Shown here piece by piece: positions 10,701-21,106 of a DNA stretch of 64,000 nucleotides; position 1 is the stretch's first letter; each line of letters begins with the position of its first letter. The translations under genes were made by a program, and so were the position numbers. The stretch is from Synergistales bacterium (GTDB taxonomy: Bacteria; Synergistota; Synergistia; Synergistales; JAFGMB01): positions 288,001-352,000 of the forward strand of contig OY762654.1 in NCBI GenBank assembly GCA_963666205.1, read 5' to 3'. The notes under the pieces were generated by a model. The model was not told where the DNA came from. It worked only from the letters and a program-made list of their open reading frames with translations, and made no database searches.

Positions 10701-11446
10701 GATAGTTTAGCCTCCTTCAGCCTTTTAGCGAACTTCTCTCCGAAATAGGCGGTGATCACCTTTTCGTCGTTGATTATATCCTTCGGAGGTCCTTCCGCGA
10801 TCTTTTCTCCGCCATCAAGTACTACGACCTTATCTGCGATGGGCATTATGGCTTCCATAATATGTTCCACCACAAGAAGGGTGACTCCCTTGTCCCTGAT
10901 GCTCTTGATGAGTTCAACTGAAGCTCTTACCTCCGTGGAGGTAAGACCGGCCATAGCCTCGTCAAGCATCAGGATCCTGGGCTGAGTTGCCAGCGCCCTT
11001 GCCATCTCTAACCGTTTTTTCTGGCCTATAGTGAGTGCTCCAGCTTTCCTGTGGATCATTTCTTCAAGGTGACAGGCCTCTATACATTGCATTGCCACAT
11101 CGGAAGCTTCTTTGACATTGCTCGTCCGAAGGAAAGCACCGATCAGTGTATTGTCAAAGACTGTCATTTCCTTCAGTGGGTGAACCACCTGGAACGTCCT
11201 GACCGCTCCAAGCTTCGCTATCTCATGCGCTGAAGAACTGGTGATATCCTTCCCGTCAAAGAGAATCTTCCCTGATGAGGGGGTATAGTAACCGGAAATA
11301 CAGTTGAAAAGTGTAGTTTTGCCTGCTCCGTTCGGTCCGATGAGCCCTACTATGCTAGCCTCTTCCACGTTGAAGGTCACATCCCTGTTGGCCATAAGGG
11401 AACCGAACTTCATTGTCACATCTGTTATTTCAAGAAGGGCCATCAA
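10697..11446 (-). CDS. Branched-chain amino acid-type ABC transporter ATPase (LivG-like)
   Basis: GPNGAGKTT, RTFQ, LLVVEH. Confidence 0.92.
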   Translation of the reverse strand: MMALLEITDVTMKFGSLMANRDVTFNVEEASIVGLIGPNGAGKTTLFNCISGYYTPSSGKILFDGKDITSSSAHEIAKLGAVRTFQVVHPLKEMTVFDNTLIGAFLRTSNVKEASDVAMQCIEACHLEEMIHRKAGALTIGQKKRLEMARALATQPRILMLDEAMAGLTSTEVRASVELIKSIRDKGVTLLVVEHIMEAIMPIADKVVVLDGGEKIAEGPPKDIINDEKVITAYFGEKFAKRLKEAKLS

Positions 11447-12450
11447 TGATCACCCTCCTTCTTTTCATGACTTTTCATAGCAATATCGTTGAGAATACCC
11501 ATGATCCCCCTGGGTTGTTTGACCATTACCAGAACTATGATCAGACCGAAGATCATCAGGTCAACACCACCGCCCATGCCTCCGATGAAAGCCCTGCTGT
11601 ATTCCTGGAGAGGAATAAGGACCGCAGCTCCGAGAAGAGGACCCCAGAAAGTCCCCAGTCCCCCAAGAATGGTAATGAGCACAAACTTCATTGACATGTC
11701 AAGAGACATGACCATGGGAGGGTCCACCCTTAAATTGTACTGGGCATAAAAGGCTCCACAGATGGCAGCCAGGAATGCGGAAAGGGCCATGGCTGAAAGC
11801 TTGACCCTTGTGCTGTTGACACCAAGGGCTTCAGCTGTCTCCTGTCCCTCACGCACAGCCAGGAGATAATAGCCGAAGCGCATTTTTTCCATCTTTCTGA
11901 CCACACCAAAGACAAAGATCATCAATATAAGAGCCCCATAGTAGTAGCCTTTCTTGGAGTCATACCACATAAAGTTTATCCAGCCCTCTTCTACGAGCGG
12001 GTAATCCAGCCCTAGGGCTCCTCCGATCCAGTCCCACACCATAAAGAGTCTGTTGAAGATCTCAACTATTGCGAAAGTAGCTATGGCAAAATAGTGTCCC
12101 TTGAGCTTGAAACACGGTCCACTAAGGACTGCAGCTACCCCGGCAGCAAGAACCGCACCCACAATGGCTCCCGGCCATGGAGAAAGCCCAAAGGTCACCA
12201 CGGCCATGGCTGCCCCGTAGGAACCAATTCCGAAGAAAACGGAATGGCCGAAGGATGTCTGTCCGCAATATCCTCCAATTACATTCCATGCCTGGGCCAT
12301 GGATCCGTACAGCATTATCAGGATGAGCACATGTTCGGTGTAAGAACTGGGCAAAACGCCGATGAGGGGCAGTACGGCAAAGACCGCTACAATTATCCAC
12401 CACAAAATATCCCTTGAAATATTATTTCTTGTTAACATGGAAGTTACCAC
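11443..12450 (-). CDS. Branched-chain amino acid-type ABC permease (LivM-like)
   Basis: GYCGQTSFGH, LKGHYFAIAT, GGLGTFWGP. Confidence 0.9.
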   Translation of the reverse strand: MVTSMLTRNNISRDILWWIIVAVFAVLPLIGVLPSSYTEHVLILIMLYGSMAQAWNVIGGYCGQTSFGHSVFFGIGSYGAAMAVVTFGLSPWPGAIVGAVLAAGVAAVLSGPCFKLKGHYFAIATFAIVEIFNRLFMVWDWIGGALGLDYPLVEEGWINFMWYDSKKGYYYGALILMIFVFGVVRKMEKMRFGYYLLAVREGQETAEALGVNSTRVKLSAMALSAFLAAICGAFYAQYNLRVDPPMVMSLDMSMKFVLITILGGLGTFWGPLLGAAVLIPLQEYSRAFIGGMGGGVDLMIFGLIIVLVMVKQPRGIMGILNDIAMKSHEKKEGDH

Positions 12451-13304
12451 CCGAAAAGTCCCCTGGGCCGCCAGAAAACGACAACCAGGTAAAGGCCAAA
12501 TACTGCAACATACTTAAAGACAGGCGCCACGTAGAATCCGCTGAAAGCCTCTACAAGACCAATAAGGATGGCTGCAAAAAGAGCTCCAGGGATAGAACCG
12601 AACCCTCCCATGGCTACACACACAAAGGCCAGGAGACTGAAAAGTCCGCCCACGTCTGGGAATGTGGCCAGGTAGGAAGGTAGAAGGCCTCCGGCGATCC
12701 CTACACAAGCACCTCCCAGACCAAAGACCATGACATAGATCCATTCTGTATCAATACCCATAAGCTCTGCGGCTTCCTTGTCCAGGGCAGTAGCCTGTAT
12801 GGCCCAGCCCAGTCTTGTTTTTTTTATCAGGAGATATACCAGAGCCACAACGCATAAAGAAAACAGACTTGTTGCCAATTGAGGAAGAGAGAAAATAATC
12901 CCTCCAACAGAAAGGGTCTTTCCACCAAGCAGGGTATCGTTCAGAATGCGGAAATTCGGAGAGAACATGTAGAGACATACGTTCTTGAGGAACATGGAAA
13001 GTCCAAAAGTAGCCAGTAGTGCGGCCATTGCCGATTTGCCTATGGTATGGCGGATAATGAGCTTGTAGGTCAATGCTCCAACCAGAAAAGCGAACCCCCC
13101 GGAAGCGATCCATGATATTAGAGGATCAACCTTCCAGAGGAATCCCAGCCAATAACTGAGGTACATGGCCACCATAAGGAATTCTCCATGAGCAAAGTTT
13201 ATGACATCCATCACACCCCAGATAAGACTGAGGCCGGCTGCTATCAAAGCATAAAGCAGACCGCTGAGAATGCCATCAAGCGCAACCTGTAAAAAGGTAA
13301 CCAT
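12444..13304 (-). CDS. Branched-chain amino acid-type ABC permease (LivH-like)
   Basis: GLSLIWGVMDVINFAHGE, GGFGSIPGA, RPRGLFG. Confidence 0.9.
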   Translation of the reverse strand: MVTFLQVALDGILSGLLYALIAAGLSLIWGVMDVINFAHGEFLMVAMYLSYWLGFLWKVDPLISWIASGGFAFLVGALTYKLIIRHTIGKSAMAALLATFGLSMFLKNVCLYMFSPNFRILNDTLLGGKTLSVGGIIFSLPQLATSLFSLCVVALVYLLIKKTRLGWAIQATALDKEAAELMGIDTEWIYVMVFGLGGACVGIAGGLLPSYLATFPDVGGLFSLLAFVCVAMGGFGSIPGALFAAILIGLVEAFSGFYVAPVFKYVAVFGLYLVVVFWRPRGLFGW

Positions 13305-13342
13305 TACTTATCCCCCTTGAGTAATGAAATGCCCGAACCAAC

Positions 13343-13378
13343 AAAAAACGGGCGACAGGATCCTAGAGCCGCCCGTTC
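13343..13378 (-). terminator. Hairpin or terminator after ABC binding-protein gene
   Basis: AACGGGCG...CGCCCGTT stem with U-tract on the minus strand. Confidence 0.6.
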
Positions 13379-13415
13379 TCCAAATCATCTTATATTCAGA
13401 ATGGACTTACGGGAC

Positions 13416-14687
13416 CTAACGGTTGCTCCAATCAGTCATAGGAACTACAGGCTCGGTGTCGGCAAGATCCAGTGGATAGATCTTCTTATAAGATCCACCC
13501 TGAAGCTGAGTAAGGATGCTCATGGCTTTAAGGTTCTGTCCTCCCGGAGCGAATACGACCTTACCACCCAGTGACATGGGTGAATCGAACTCGGTCTCGT
13601 GTAAGACTTTAAGGACCGCATCATAATCAGTGGTACCTGCGAGTTCCATAGCCTGTGCAAGAATAAGGGTTGCGATTGCTTCCTGGATACAATCGCTGTC
13701 AAAGGGAACGCTGGGATCTGTCTTGGTCATATAGATCTTTTCAACTGCTGCAACCGCGGGCATAAGCTCTGCGAATTCTGGGCTGTAGCCTGTCCCTCCC
13801 ATGAAGAAATCTCCATCGGATTCAAGTTGTTTTGCAATGATTGGATCCTGGTATCCAGTACAGTAGTTAAGGGCCACATCAGGAAGCCAGTCCATCTGTT
13901 TCATGGTTCTTACCCAAAGAGTATAGTCTCCTCCAAGGCAGGCTCCGAATACGGCATCGGGATCTGCAGCTTTAAGGGTCTGTACTTCACTATTAAGGTT
14001 GGTAGCACCAGGGTTGAAAGCCACATCAGCAATCACCTTGAGACCTGCGGCCCCGGCAGCAGCTTTGCCCTCTTCAGCAGCGTGCTTACCGAACTCGGTG
14101 TTCTCGTAAATAAGCCCCACGGTCTCGATGCCTGCATTCCTGGTTTCGTTGAGGTGTTTGATAAATTCCACGAATTCCAGGGATTCTGTCTCATCTGTGG
14201 GTGCCAGGCGGAAGAATCGGTTGAGGTCCCTCTTGGTAAGGGCTGCGGAGCTGGAGCATCCACAAACGAAGAGTTTCTGCTTTCTTTCTGCGACGAAGCT
14301 TGCCGGTTTGGTGCAGGAGCTATTGTAGCTTCCGATGATGGCATATACGCCTTCCTGGTCGATGAGGCGCTCAGCCTCTGATTTAGCTACATCTGGTTTG
14401 CCCTGGTGGTCAGCATGAACAAGGACAAACTTCATCCCTCCAAGAACGCCTTCTGTCGCAGCTCCAGGGACCTTGATCTCTGGATGTGCATTGTTAATCA
14501 CTTCAACTGCAGTTTCAACAGCACTCTGGCAGCGCTGACCAGCTAAAGCACAGGGGCCGGTAAGTGGGAAAAGGGTACCAATCTTTATAACCTTTTCCGC
14601 AGCAAATGCCCCTCCTGATAACAAAGCAACAATGAACAATGTAACCAACAGCTTTGCCACTTTGGTTCTTCCAAAAACACGCTTCAT
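13416..14687 (-). CDS. ABC transporter substrate-binding protein (LivJ/K fold)
   Basis: Signal peptide ending AFA, IKIGTLFPLTG, DHQGKPD, YENTEFG; start reassigned to ATG 14687 after GGGGGAG. Confidence 0.88.
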   Translation of the reverse strand: MKRVFGRTKVAKLLVTLFIVALLSGGAFAAEKVIKIGTLFPLTGPCALAGQRCQSAVETAVEVINNAHPEIKVPGAATEGVLGGMKFVLVHADHQGKPDVAKSEAERLIDQEGVYAIIGSYNSSCTKPASFVAERKQKLFVCGCSSSAALTKRDLNRFFRLAPTDETESLEFVEFIKHLNETRNAGIETVGLIYENTEFGKHAAEEGKAAAGAAGLKVIADVAFNPGATNLNSEVQTLKAADPDAVFGACLGGDYTLWVRTMKQMDWLPDVALNYCTGYQDPIIAKQLESDGDFFMGGTGYSPEFAELMPAVAAVEKIYMTKTDPSVPFDSDCIQEAIATLILAQAMELAGTTDYDAVLKVLHETEFDSPMSLGGKVVFAPGGQNLKAMSILTQLQGGSYKKIYPLDLADTEPVVPMTDWSNR

Positions 14688-15283
14688 TAACAAAACTCCC
14701 CCTTTGTTGTGTTTGAACATAGACAGTGTTTTACCATTCCCCTGACAAAACACTGACAAATGAACTATTTGAATTTTATTTGAATATTTGGGAAAAAACA
14801 AGTTGGAAAATGAAAACTAATTCATTTTTATACTTCATCATTCTTCGTACCTGTTCCTCCATATCCGTTTAGTACTGTAAGGACATTCTATATTGCGTCA
14901 ATATGACGTTTTTCTTACAGTAACTGAAGGACGCGGGTCCAACCATTGTCAGACCAGGTTGCTATCCTTCTCGAGATACCTGAAACAATATGTTATAAAA
15001 GGGAAAGTAAAGGATAGGTCAAAACATGGATAACTTGATAAAGTTGACCTGGTGTTCAATAAGGTATAGATGGTATTGCTAATCGTCACTATCCACGAAA
15101 GAAGGGGATAAAAAGGCATAGAATCCTGGGATATCATGTCTTCCGCAGAACAAAAGAGAATGTTCAGTATTAGAGGATTTTAAACACAGGAATGTTTCAC
15201 GATACTGGACCATCTGCGTTACTATCAACTCCAGCCCCGCCCTTGACTGAGCTGGAGGACAAAAGATAACAAACAAAAACATC

Positions 15284-15359
15284 TGGCGTGCCTGGCGAGA
15301 GTCGAACTCGCGACCTCTGGTTCCGGAGACCAGCGCTCTATCCACTGAGCTACAGGCAC
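15284..15359 (-). tRNA. tRNA-Arg(CCG)
   Basis: GTGCCTGTAGCTCAGTGGATAGAGCG CTGGT-CTCCGGA-ACCAG ... GTTCGAC ... CAGGCACGCCA; full cloverleaf with encoded CCA. Confidence 0.96.
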
Positions 15360-15378
15360 ACATTGAATGACAGAGAGT

Positions 15379-15407
15379 AAGGTACCTTTATGCAAGATGT
15401 TTGTCAA
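15379..15407 (-). promoter_or_regulatory. Promoter of tRNA-Arg
   Basis: TTGACA-N17-TACCTT about 20 nt upstream of the tRNA. Confidence 0.6.
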
Positions 15408-15443
15408 GTTACTTGCTAAAATCCACCCAGTGTAATGAAATTG

Positions 15444-17795
15444 TTATTTCCGGAACCTGACTATGGTTACACCATATCCACCCTCAGAAGGGCCTCCAAG
15501 ACAGAAATCTTCAACATATTCCAGGGATCTGCACAGTTTATGAACTTCTCGTCTGAGGATACCCTCACCTCGACCATGAATTACGGTTACACTCCCATAC
15601 CCTGCTCGCATTGCCTGGTCAAGATATCGGGAAACGACAGGAATAGCTTCATCTACAGTCATACCTCTTACCATAACAGAACCTGGCACATTGGACGGTC
15701 TGGAGATCGTTATCTTTACATCTCCACCAGATTTTGAGATTTTATCGTTGAGTATACGTATCTGTCCCAAGGGAACTTCCATCCTTAATGGACCTGAGAT
15801 AACAGTTCCCTTCTTTTCAGAAAGAGATGCAAGAACTCCCTTGAAACCTGAACCGACTATCTCGACACTCTGTCCCTCTTTCAATTCAGGCTTGAGAGTT
15901 TGTGATTCCACATTCTTTTCTCTTTTCTTTTTCCTTTCCGAGAAAGAACGGATCTGTTCGTTCATTTCCATTTTCTGATTATGCATTTCTCTCTGGGCAG
16001 CAGATTCGGCGGCGCCTTCAATTCGGCGGATAAGATTTCTTGCTGTCTGTTGTGCTTTATCCAGAATATCTTCAGCCTTTTTTTCTGCTTGAGAAATAAG
16101 TTTTTCTGAGATATATTCGGCCTTTCCCAGATTTTGTTCATAGTCTTTTTTTAATCTCATTAATATTTTTCTCTCCTGTATAAGTTCTTCCTTTGTGACA
16201 TCGAGTATTCGCTGTTTTTCGTGCAGTTCAGAGATAAGCTCTTCAACAGAATGTTCTGCTCCTAGTCTTACAGCCCTTGCCTTTTCAAGTACTGTTTCAG
16301 GCATGCCCTGGCGACCAGCGATAAGAATAGCATTGCTTTTACCTGGGATACCCATCAAAAGCTTATATGTAGGAGACATGGTCTTATGATCAAATTCCAT
16401 ACTTGCTGTTTCTACACCTCTGGTACCAAGTGCATATCGTTTTATAGGATTATGATGGGTCGTGGCCAGAGTAAGTATACCCTTCTCATGTAAAGTATCC
16501 AGAATCGCTATACCAAGAGCTGCACCCTCCTGGGGGTCTGTCCCTGAACCTAATTCATCAAGAAGCAGAAGGGATTTTTCATCAGAGTGTTTAAGAATAG
16601 AAATTATATTCTGAAGATGGGCACTGAAGGTGGAAAGGTTCTGCTCTATACTCTGTTCATCTCCTATATCAAGCCAGATGCCACTGAAATCGCCAATTAC
16701 AGAACCTTCAAGTGCAGGGATCGGCAATCCATACCATGTCATTGCTACAGCCAGGCCAACAGTCTTAAGGGCAACAGTTTTCCCCCCTGTGTTAGGACCT
16801 GTTATGACTAGTACCTTGAAGGATTTTCCACACGCAATATTAAGGGGGACAGCGTTACCGGAGAGAAGGGGATGAATGACACCCTTAAGATCGAAGAAAG
16901 GTTTTTTACTGGTTTCAGGAAGGATCCAGCCACTCTTTGAAATTATCGCAGAAATCGCATATAAATAGTCGCTAAGTCCGATCGCAGCCTGTGAATCGAG
17001 AAGAGCTTTCTCTCTCTTGAGCATTAACTGGGTTAGATCTCTTAATATTCGTTCACTTTCTTCTTTTTCTTCTGAAATAAGAACTGATATCCTGTTATTC
17101 ACGGGAATCAGTTTTTCATGTTCCATAAATATGGTATGCCCGGAACTTGAACGATCAAGGACTACACCGGGGAACCGGTTTATATATTCATGTCTGACCG
17201 AAAAAACAAGCCGACCATTTTTTATACCAATCGTTTTTTCCTGGAGGTATCCAGAAATCTGGGGGTCATGAATAAGTCTGGATATAGTTCTTCTGGCCTG
17301 GGCTCTGTTTTCGACAAGAGCATTGCGGATATCTCTAAGTCTTGGAGAAGCTGAGTCTTCTATTCTTCCATGTTCATCTATCACATTCAAGGCTTCTACT
17401 TCTTTAGAAAAGTCCCTTATTTTGCGGGTTATCTGAAGAAATACAGGTTGTGAATCCCTTTCTTCAAGGAAATGTTCCTTAAGTTTCATTGCGAGCCTGA
17501 TCATGCGTTGAATCTGGTAGAGTTCTTCACCATTCAGAAAAGATGTCGATTTTGCAGCCTCAAGTATTTCATTCACAGGCTGTAAACCATCAGACCATGG
17601 AATATCTCCATGGCGGGAAAGATACAGCATAAAAGCTTCAATCAATTCATGTCTTTTGGCAAGAGAATCCATGCTATCGAGGGGATTAAGTTCTTTTATA
17701 AAGAGTGCACCAATATTCGAACGGGCCTCACGGGCAAAAACACGAAGAACTTTTGAGAATTCCAGCTTTTCTTTACTAACTTTATTAATCTTCAT
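15444..17795 (-). CDS. mutS2: Endonuclease MutS2
   Basis: TGPNTGGKT, DIGDEQSIEQNLSTFS, LLDELGSGTDP, C-terminal Smr domain HGRGEGIL. Confidence 0.95.
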   Translation of the reverse strand: MKINKVSKEKLEFSKVLRVFAREARSNIGALFIKELNPLDSMDSLAKRHELIEAFMLYLSRHGDIPWSDGLQPVNEILEAAKSTSFLNGEELYQIQRMIRLAMKLKEHFLEERDSQPVFLQITRKIRDFSKEVEALNVIDEHGRIEDSASPRLRDIRNALVENRAQARRTISRLIHDPQISGYLQEKTIGIKNGRLVFSVRHEYINRFPGVVLDRSSSGHTIFMEHEKLIPVNNRISVLISEEKEESERILRDLTQLMLKREKALLDSQAAIGLSDYLYAISAIISKSGWILPETSKKPFFDLKGVIHPLLSGNAVPLNIACGKSFKVLVITGPNTGGKTVALKTVGLAVAMTWYGLPIPALEGSVIGDFSGIWLDIGDEQSIEQNLSTFSAHLQNIISILKHSDEKSLLLLDELGSGTDPQEGAALGIAILDTLHEKGILTLATTHHNPIKRYALGTRGVETASMEFDHKTMSPTYKLLMGIPGKSNAILIAGRQGMPETVLEKARAVRLGAEHSVEELISELHEKQRILDVTKEELIQERKILMRLKKDYEQNLGKAEYISEKLISQAEKKAEDILDKAQQTARNLIRRIEGAAESAAQREMHNQKMEMNEQIRSFSERKKKREKNVESQTLKPELKEGQSVEIVGSGFKGVLASLSEKKGTVISGPLRMEVPLGQIRILNDKISKSGGDVKITISRPSNVPGSVMVRGMTVDEAIPVVSRYLDQAMRAGYGSVTVIHGRGEGILRREVHKLCRSLEYVEDFCLGGPSEGGYGVTIVRFRK

Positions 17796-17833
17796 CTTCA
17801 GACCTGTCTCAATTGATTCCGAGTCTGCCGGCT

Positions 17834-18352
17834 TCAGGGCAGTGGACGTTGAAATCTGGAATGGAGCAGATTTGCCTGGATAAGGAAATCCTCAACCCTA
17901 GGCCATAAACATGAACCTATTTTGATTGTCAGGCTGTCAGAAATCCATTCTGTTGGAATTAAAGAAGAAAAGGAAGTAGATACCAGATAAACAAAAAGGA
18001 TAATTACAAGAGTCTTGAGAGCTCCTGCTCCAATTCCAAGAACCCGGTCAATGATAGAAAGTTGTGTAAATCGTATGAGAGCTTTGACCGCTTTACACAT
18101 AAAGGCTGCAAGAACTGACGCGAGAATATAGAGCAAGACCATTACAATAACGGAAACTACACCGGGAGAAAAAGAAGATCTTGAAAGGATAATTGCTGAC
18201 ACTGGTTGAGTAAATTTCCAGGCAAGCACAACTCCACCGATAGTACCCAGTAACGAAAATACTTCCCCTGAAAGACCCTTGAAAGCACCCCTTATACTAA
18301 AGGTCACAAGAAGAAACAGGAAAACAAGATCAACTATATTGGATGCTGTCAT
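17834..18352 (-). CDS. cvpA: CvpA family membrane protein
   Basis: Four TM segments, RGAFKG..E and DRVLG; zapA-cvpA-mutS2 synteny. Confidence 0.8.
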   Translation of the reverse strand: MTASNIVDLVFLFLLVTFSIRGAFKGLSGEVFSLLGTIGGVVLAWKFTQPVSAIILSRSSFSPGVVSVIVMVLLYILASVLAAFMCKAVKALIRFTQLSIIDRVLGIGAGALKTLVIILFVYLVSTSFSSLIPTEWISDSLTIKIGSCLWPRVEDFLIQANLLHSRFQRPLP

Positions 18353-18633
18353 TTGAGCTTATCTCTTTCAGGACTTGTAATTGTAGCAGAACCTGTTTTA
18401 GCAGATAGGGAAGCATCAAGTCTGTATGAAAGGTCAAGACAGGCAAGGAGGAGACTTTTTTCCTGGTCATCAACATCAAGTTCGTCAGAAAAAGATTCCT
18501 GGATATTTCCAATGACCCTGTTCAGGGTACTATCATCAAGTAATGTCTCGACTGAATAGGTCTTGTTACCAAGTGTTATCATAACATTTCTGGTCCTATC
18601 CATTTTTTTGGCCTCCAGACTCAATATGTTCAT
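18349..18633 (-). CDS. zapA: Cell division protein ZapA-like
   Basis: ITLGNKTYSV beta motif and LLLACLDL; sits between pheT and cvpA. Confidence 0.6.
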   Translation of the reverse strand: MNILSLEAKKMDRTRNVMITLGNKTYSVETLLDDSTLNRVIGNIQESFSDELDVDDQEKSLLLACLDLSYRLDASLSAKTGSATITSPERDKLK

Positions 18634-18641
18634 TCTTATAT

Positions 18642-18682
18642 TTTTGAGGTATCCGAAAAGTCCGATTCCGGATACCTCAGAA
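18642..18682. terminator. Hairpin after pheT
   Basis: TGAGGTATCCG...CGGATACCTCA inverted repeat. Confidence 0.5.
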
Positions 18683-18685
18683 ATA

Positions 18686-21106
18686 TTATCTTAATGTAAA
18701 ACCTAAGGCTTCAAGTCCACCTCTGACCTTGCGATGAACCTTTTCGACTTCAATATCTGTAAGAGTTCTGTCCTCAGATCGATAAGCAAGGGAAAAACCA
18801 AGACTTCTCTGACCCTCAGGAATATTTTTACCTTCATAAATATCAAATATGCGAATCTCCCTGAGTAGATCCCCTGCAATACTCCTGATCTCCTGAATAA
18901 CTTCTTCAGCGAACCTGCTCTTCTCAGAGAGTAGCGAAATATCTCTGTATACTGCCGGGTATGCAGGTATATCCTTGAAGGTTGAAAGCCCGGCATTCAT
19001 GAACGTATCCAGATCCAGTTCAAAGGCATATACTGGACCACCAAAGTCCATATTCTGCTCTATTCCTGGCTTGAGCCTGATAAGATATCCCACCTTCTTA
19101 TCTTTCGAATAGATATCCGCACTTTGACCAGCATGACCAAAAGGCTCACTTCCCTGTTTGAATGTCAGTTCAACTCCTCGATTCTGAGCAATGGACAAAA
19201 TATCACCTTTTACTGTAAAAAAGTCATCCAGTGCAAGGTTACCATAGGGAGATCGCTGGTCAATTCCACCATATACAATTCCAGTTAGTCTTTCTATTTC
19301 TTTAAGTTGATCGGAACCAGGCTCCAGTCGCAAAAAGACTCTTCCAGTTTCAAAGATCCGCACAGCCTGTCTCCACCCGGACCGTATCGTTCCCTGAAGT
19401 GCAGAAATCACTCCTGGTAACATCATGGTTCTCATACATGAAAGCTCAAGGCTTAAAGGATTTGACAATTCTACAGGGTATGATCTGATATCATTTTTGG
19501 ATAACAGGTAGTCTTTTGCGAAACTCGGGGCTATAAAGCTGTAAGTAACAACTTCAGTATAACCTCTGGAGAGGAATATGTTTCTGATATGTCCCTGAGT
19601 TTCAGATATCGGATCAAGCTTCCCACTTTCATGTAAAGACCCGGGTATCCGCGGTTCAATCAGTTCGTATCCTCTTATTCGACCAACCTCTTCAACAAGA
19701 TCTTCCTCAATGGTGATATCAGGTCTGGATGTTGGCACTGAAAATACCCAGAAACCATTTTCTTCCCTGACTTTTTTAATTCCAAGCCGGTACAGTATAT
19801 GTTCGGCTTCCACCATATCATCCCATAGCAGTATTCTTTTCATGGTTTTACTACTTAGGGGAACTTCCAGATTAGAGGGCCTGTTAGATTCTGAAAATTC
19901 ATAATGACTATATACAACCTTGGCACATCCCCAATCAGAAAACAGCTTAAGGGCATATTTCAATGATTGAATTACTTTCATAGGATCTACTGACCTTGAG
20001 TATCTATATGCAGCTTCACTGATTATGCCAAGCTTTCTGGAAGTGCGACTGATCCTGGGGGAAGCGAAATTAGCGCATTCCAGCGCCACAATATTGGTGT
20101 TGTCTTTTATCTCGGTATTTTCACCACCCATAACACCAGCAATACCAACCGGCTGTCCTCCACTGGTAATGATTAGATCTTCATTGTTCAAAGAACGGGT
20201 TTTACCGTCAAGGGTAACTAATTTTTCTTTATCCATAGCAAGTCTAACGGTAATTTCTTTTTCGGGAAGTAATTCCAGATCATATGCATGAGACGGTTGC
20301 CCCGTTAAAAGCATTGTGAGATTGGAAACATCTACAATGTTGGAGATAGGTCTCATCCCCATAAGAGAAAGAAGGATCCTGGCCTTCAATGGAGAGGGTC
20401 CTATACTGATATCGCTGGCAAGCCCAAGAGCAAAGGAAAGACAATCTGGATGTTCAAGGGTTATACCTTTGAACTTTACCGGCCAGACAGCGGAGTTATC
20501 GATATCCTCAATTTCGATATCTTTCAATTCCGAATTCGGGAAAAGGGCATGTACCTCCCGAGCGAGCCCAAGCACACTAAGAAGATCTCCTCTATTAGGT
20601 GTAATTGATATCTCCAGAACTGCATCATCAAGGCCAAAAAGGGATTTAAAATCAAGACCAGGTTCTGTTGATTCCGGTAGTCTGAGTATTCCGAACTCAT
20701 CAGCTACGTCAGGTAAACCTATCTCTTCAGCGGAAAGCATCATTCCCTGGCTCAGGATACCATCAAATTCTTTTGATCCCAACTCTAGATTGTTTATGAT
20801 AGATGCACCTGGAGGAGCATATGGAACAACATCACCAACATGCAGGTTAGGCGCAGCAGTAACACAGAGAGCCCGGGGATAACCATCTCCAAGATCCAGT
20901 TCAGCAACAAAAAGACTCTCTCTGGCTGGATGTTTATCAAGCCTTGCGATTCTTGCAGTAATAACTCCTCTGATGAAATCGCAAGGCCTCTCTATACTTT
21001 CGACCTCGCAGCCTGTTATCGTTAGCTTTTCCGCAACTTCTTGAAGTGTTACGTCAGAAGGAAGAGTCAGAAATTCATTCAACCAGTTCCATGAAATAAG
21101 CATCAT
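18686..21106 (-). CDS. pheT: Phenylalanine--tRNA ligase beta subunit
   Basis: ISWNWL, ITPNRGDLLS, EDLVEEVGRIRGY, YPAVYRDIS. Confidence 0.97.
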   Translation of the reverse strand: MMLISWNWLNEFLTLPSDVTLQEVAEKLTITGCEVESIERPCDFIRGVITARIARLDKHPARESLFVAELDLGDGYPRALCVTAAPNLHVGDVVPYAPPGASIINNLELGSKEFDGILSQGMMLSAEEIGLPDVADEFGILRLPESTEPGLDFKSLFGLDDAVLEISITPNRGDLLSVLGLAREVHALFPNSELKDIEIEDIDNSAVWPVKFKGITLEHPDCLSFALGLASDISIGPSPLKARILLSLMGMRPISNIVDVSNLTMLLTGQPSHAYDLELLPEKEITVRLAMDKEKLVTLDGKTRSLNNEDLIITSGGQPVGIAGVMGGENTEIKDNTNIVALECANFASPRISRTSRKLGIISEAAYRYSRSVDPMKVIQSLKYALKLFSDWGCAKVVYSHYEFSESNRPSNLEVPLSSKTMKRILLWDDMVEAEHILYRLGIKKVREENGFWVFSVPTSRPDITIEEDLVEEVGRIRGYELIEPRIPGSLHESGKLDPISETQGHIRNIFLSRGYTEVVTYSFIAPSFAKDYLLSKNDIRSYPVELSNPLSLELSCMRTMMLPGVISALQGTIRSGWRQAVRIFETGRVFLRLEPGSDQLKEIERLTGIVYGGIDQRSPYGNLALDDFFTVKGDILSIAQNRGVELTFKQGSEPFGHAGQSADIYSKDKKVGYLIRLKPGIEQNMDFGGPVYAFELDLDTFMNAGLSTFKDIPAYPAVYRDISLLSEKSRFAEEVIQEIRSIAGDLLREIRIFDIYEGKNIPEGQRSLGFSLAYRSEDRTLTDIEVEKVHRKVRGGLEALGFTLR

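Noticed and set aside
9840-15283. Intact integrative element at tRNA-Arg
   Set aside because: No integrase and no duplicated tRNA 3' end (att) seen
15079-15407. ORFs 15079-15363 and 15225-15407
   Set aside because: They are translations through tRNA-Arg and its flanks
18349-18685. 6S RNA near zapA
   Set aside because: zapA overlaps cvpA directly, and the upstream gap is only ~50 nt with a simple hairpin
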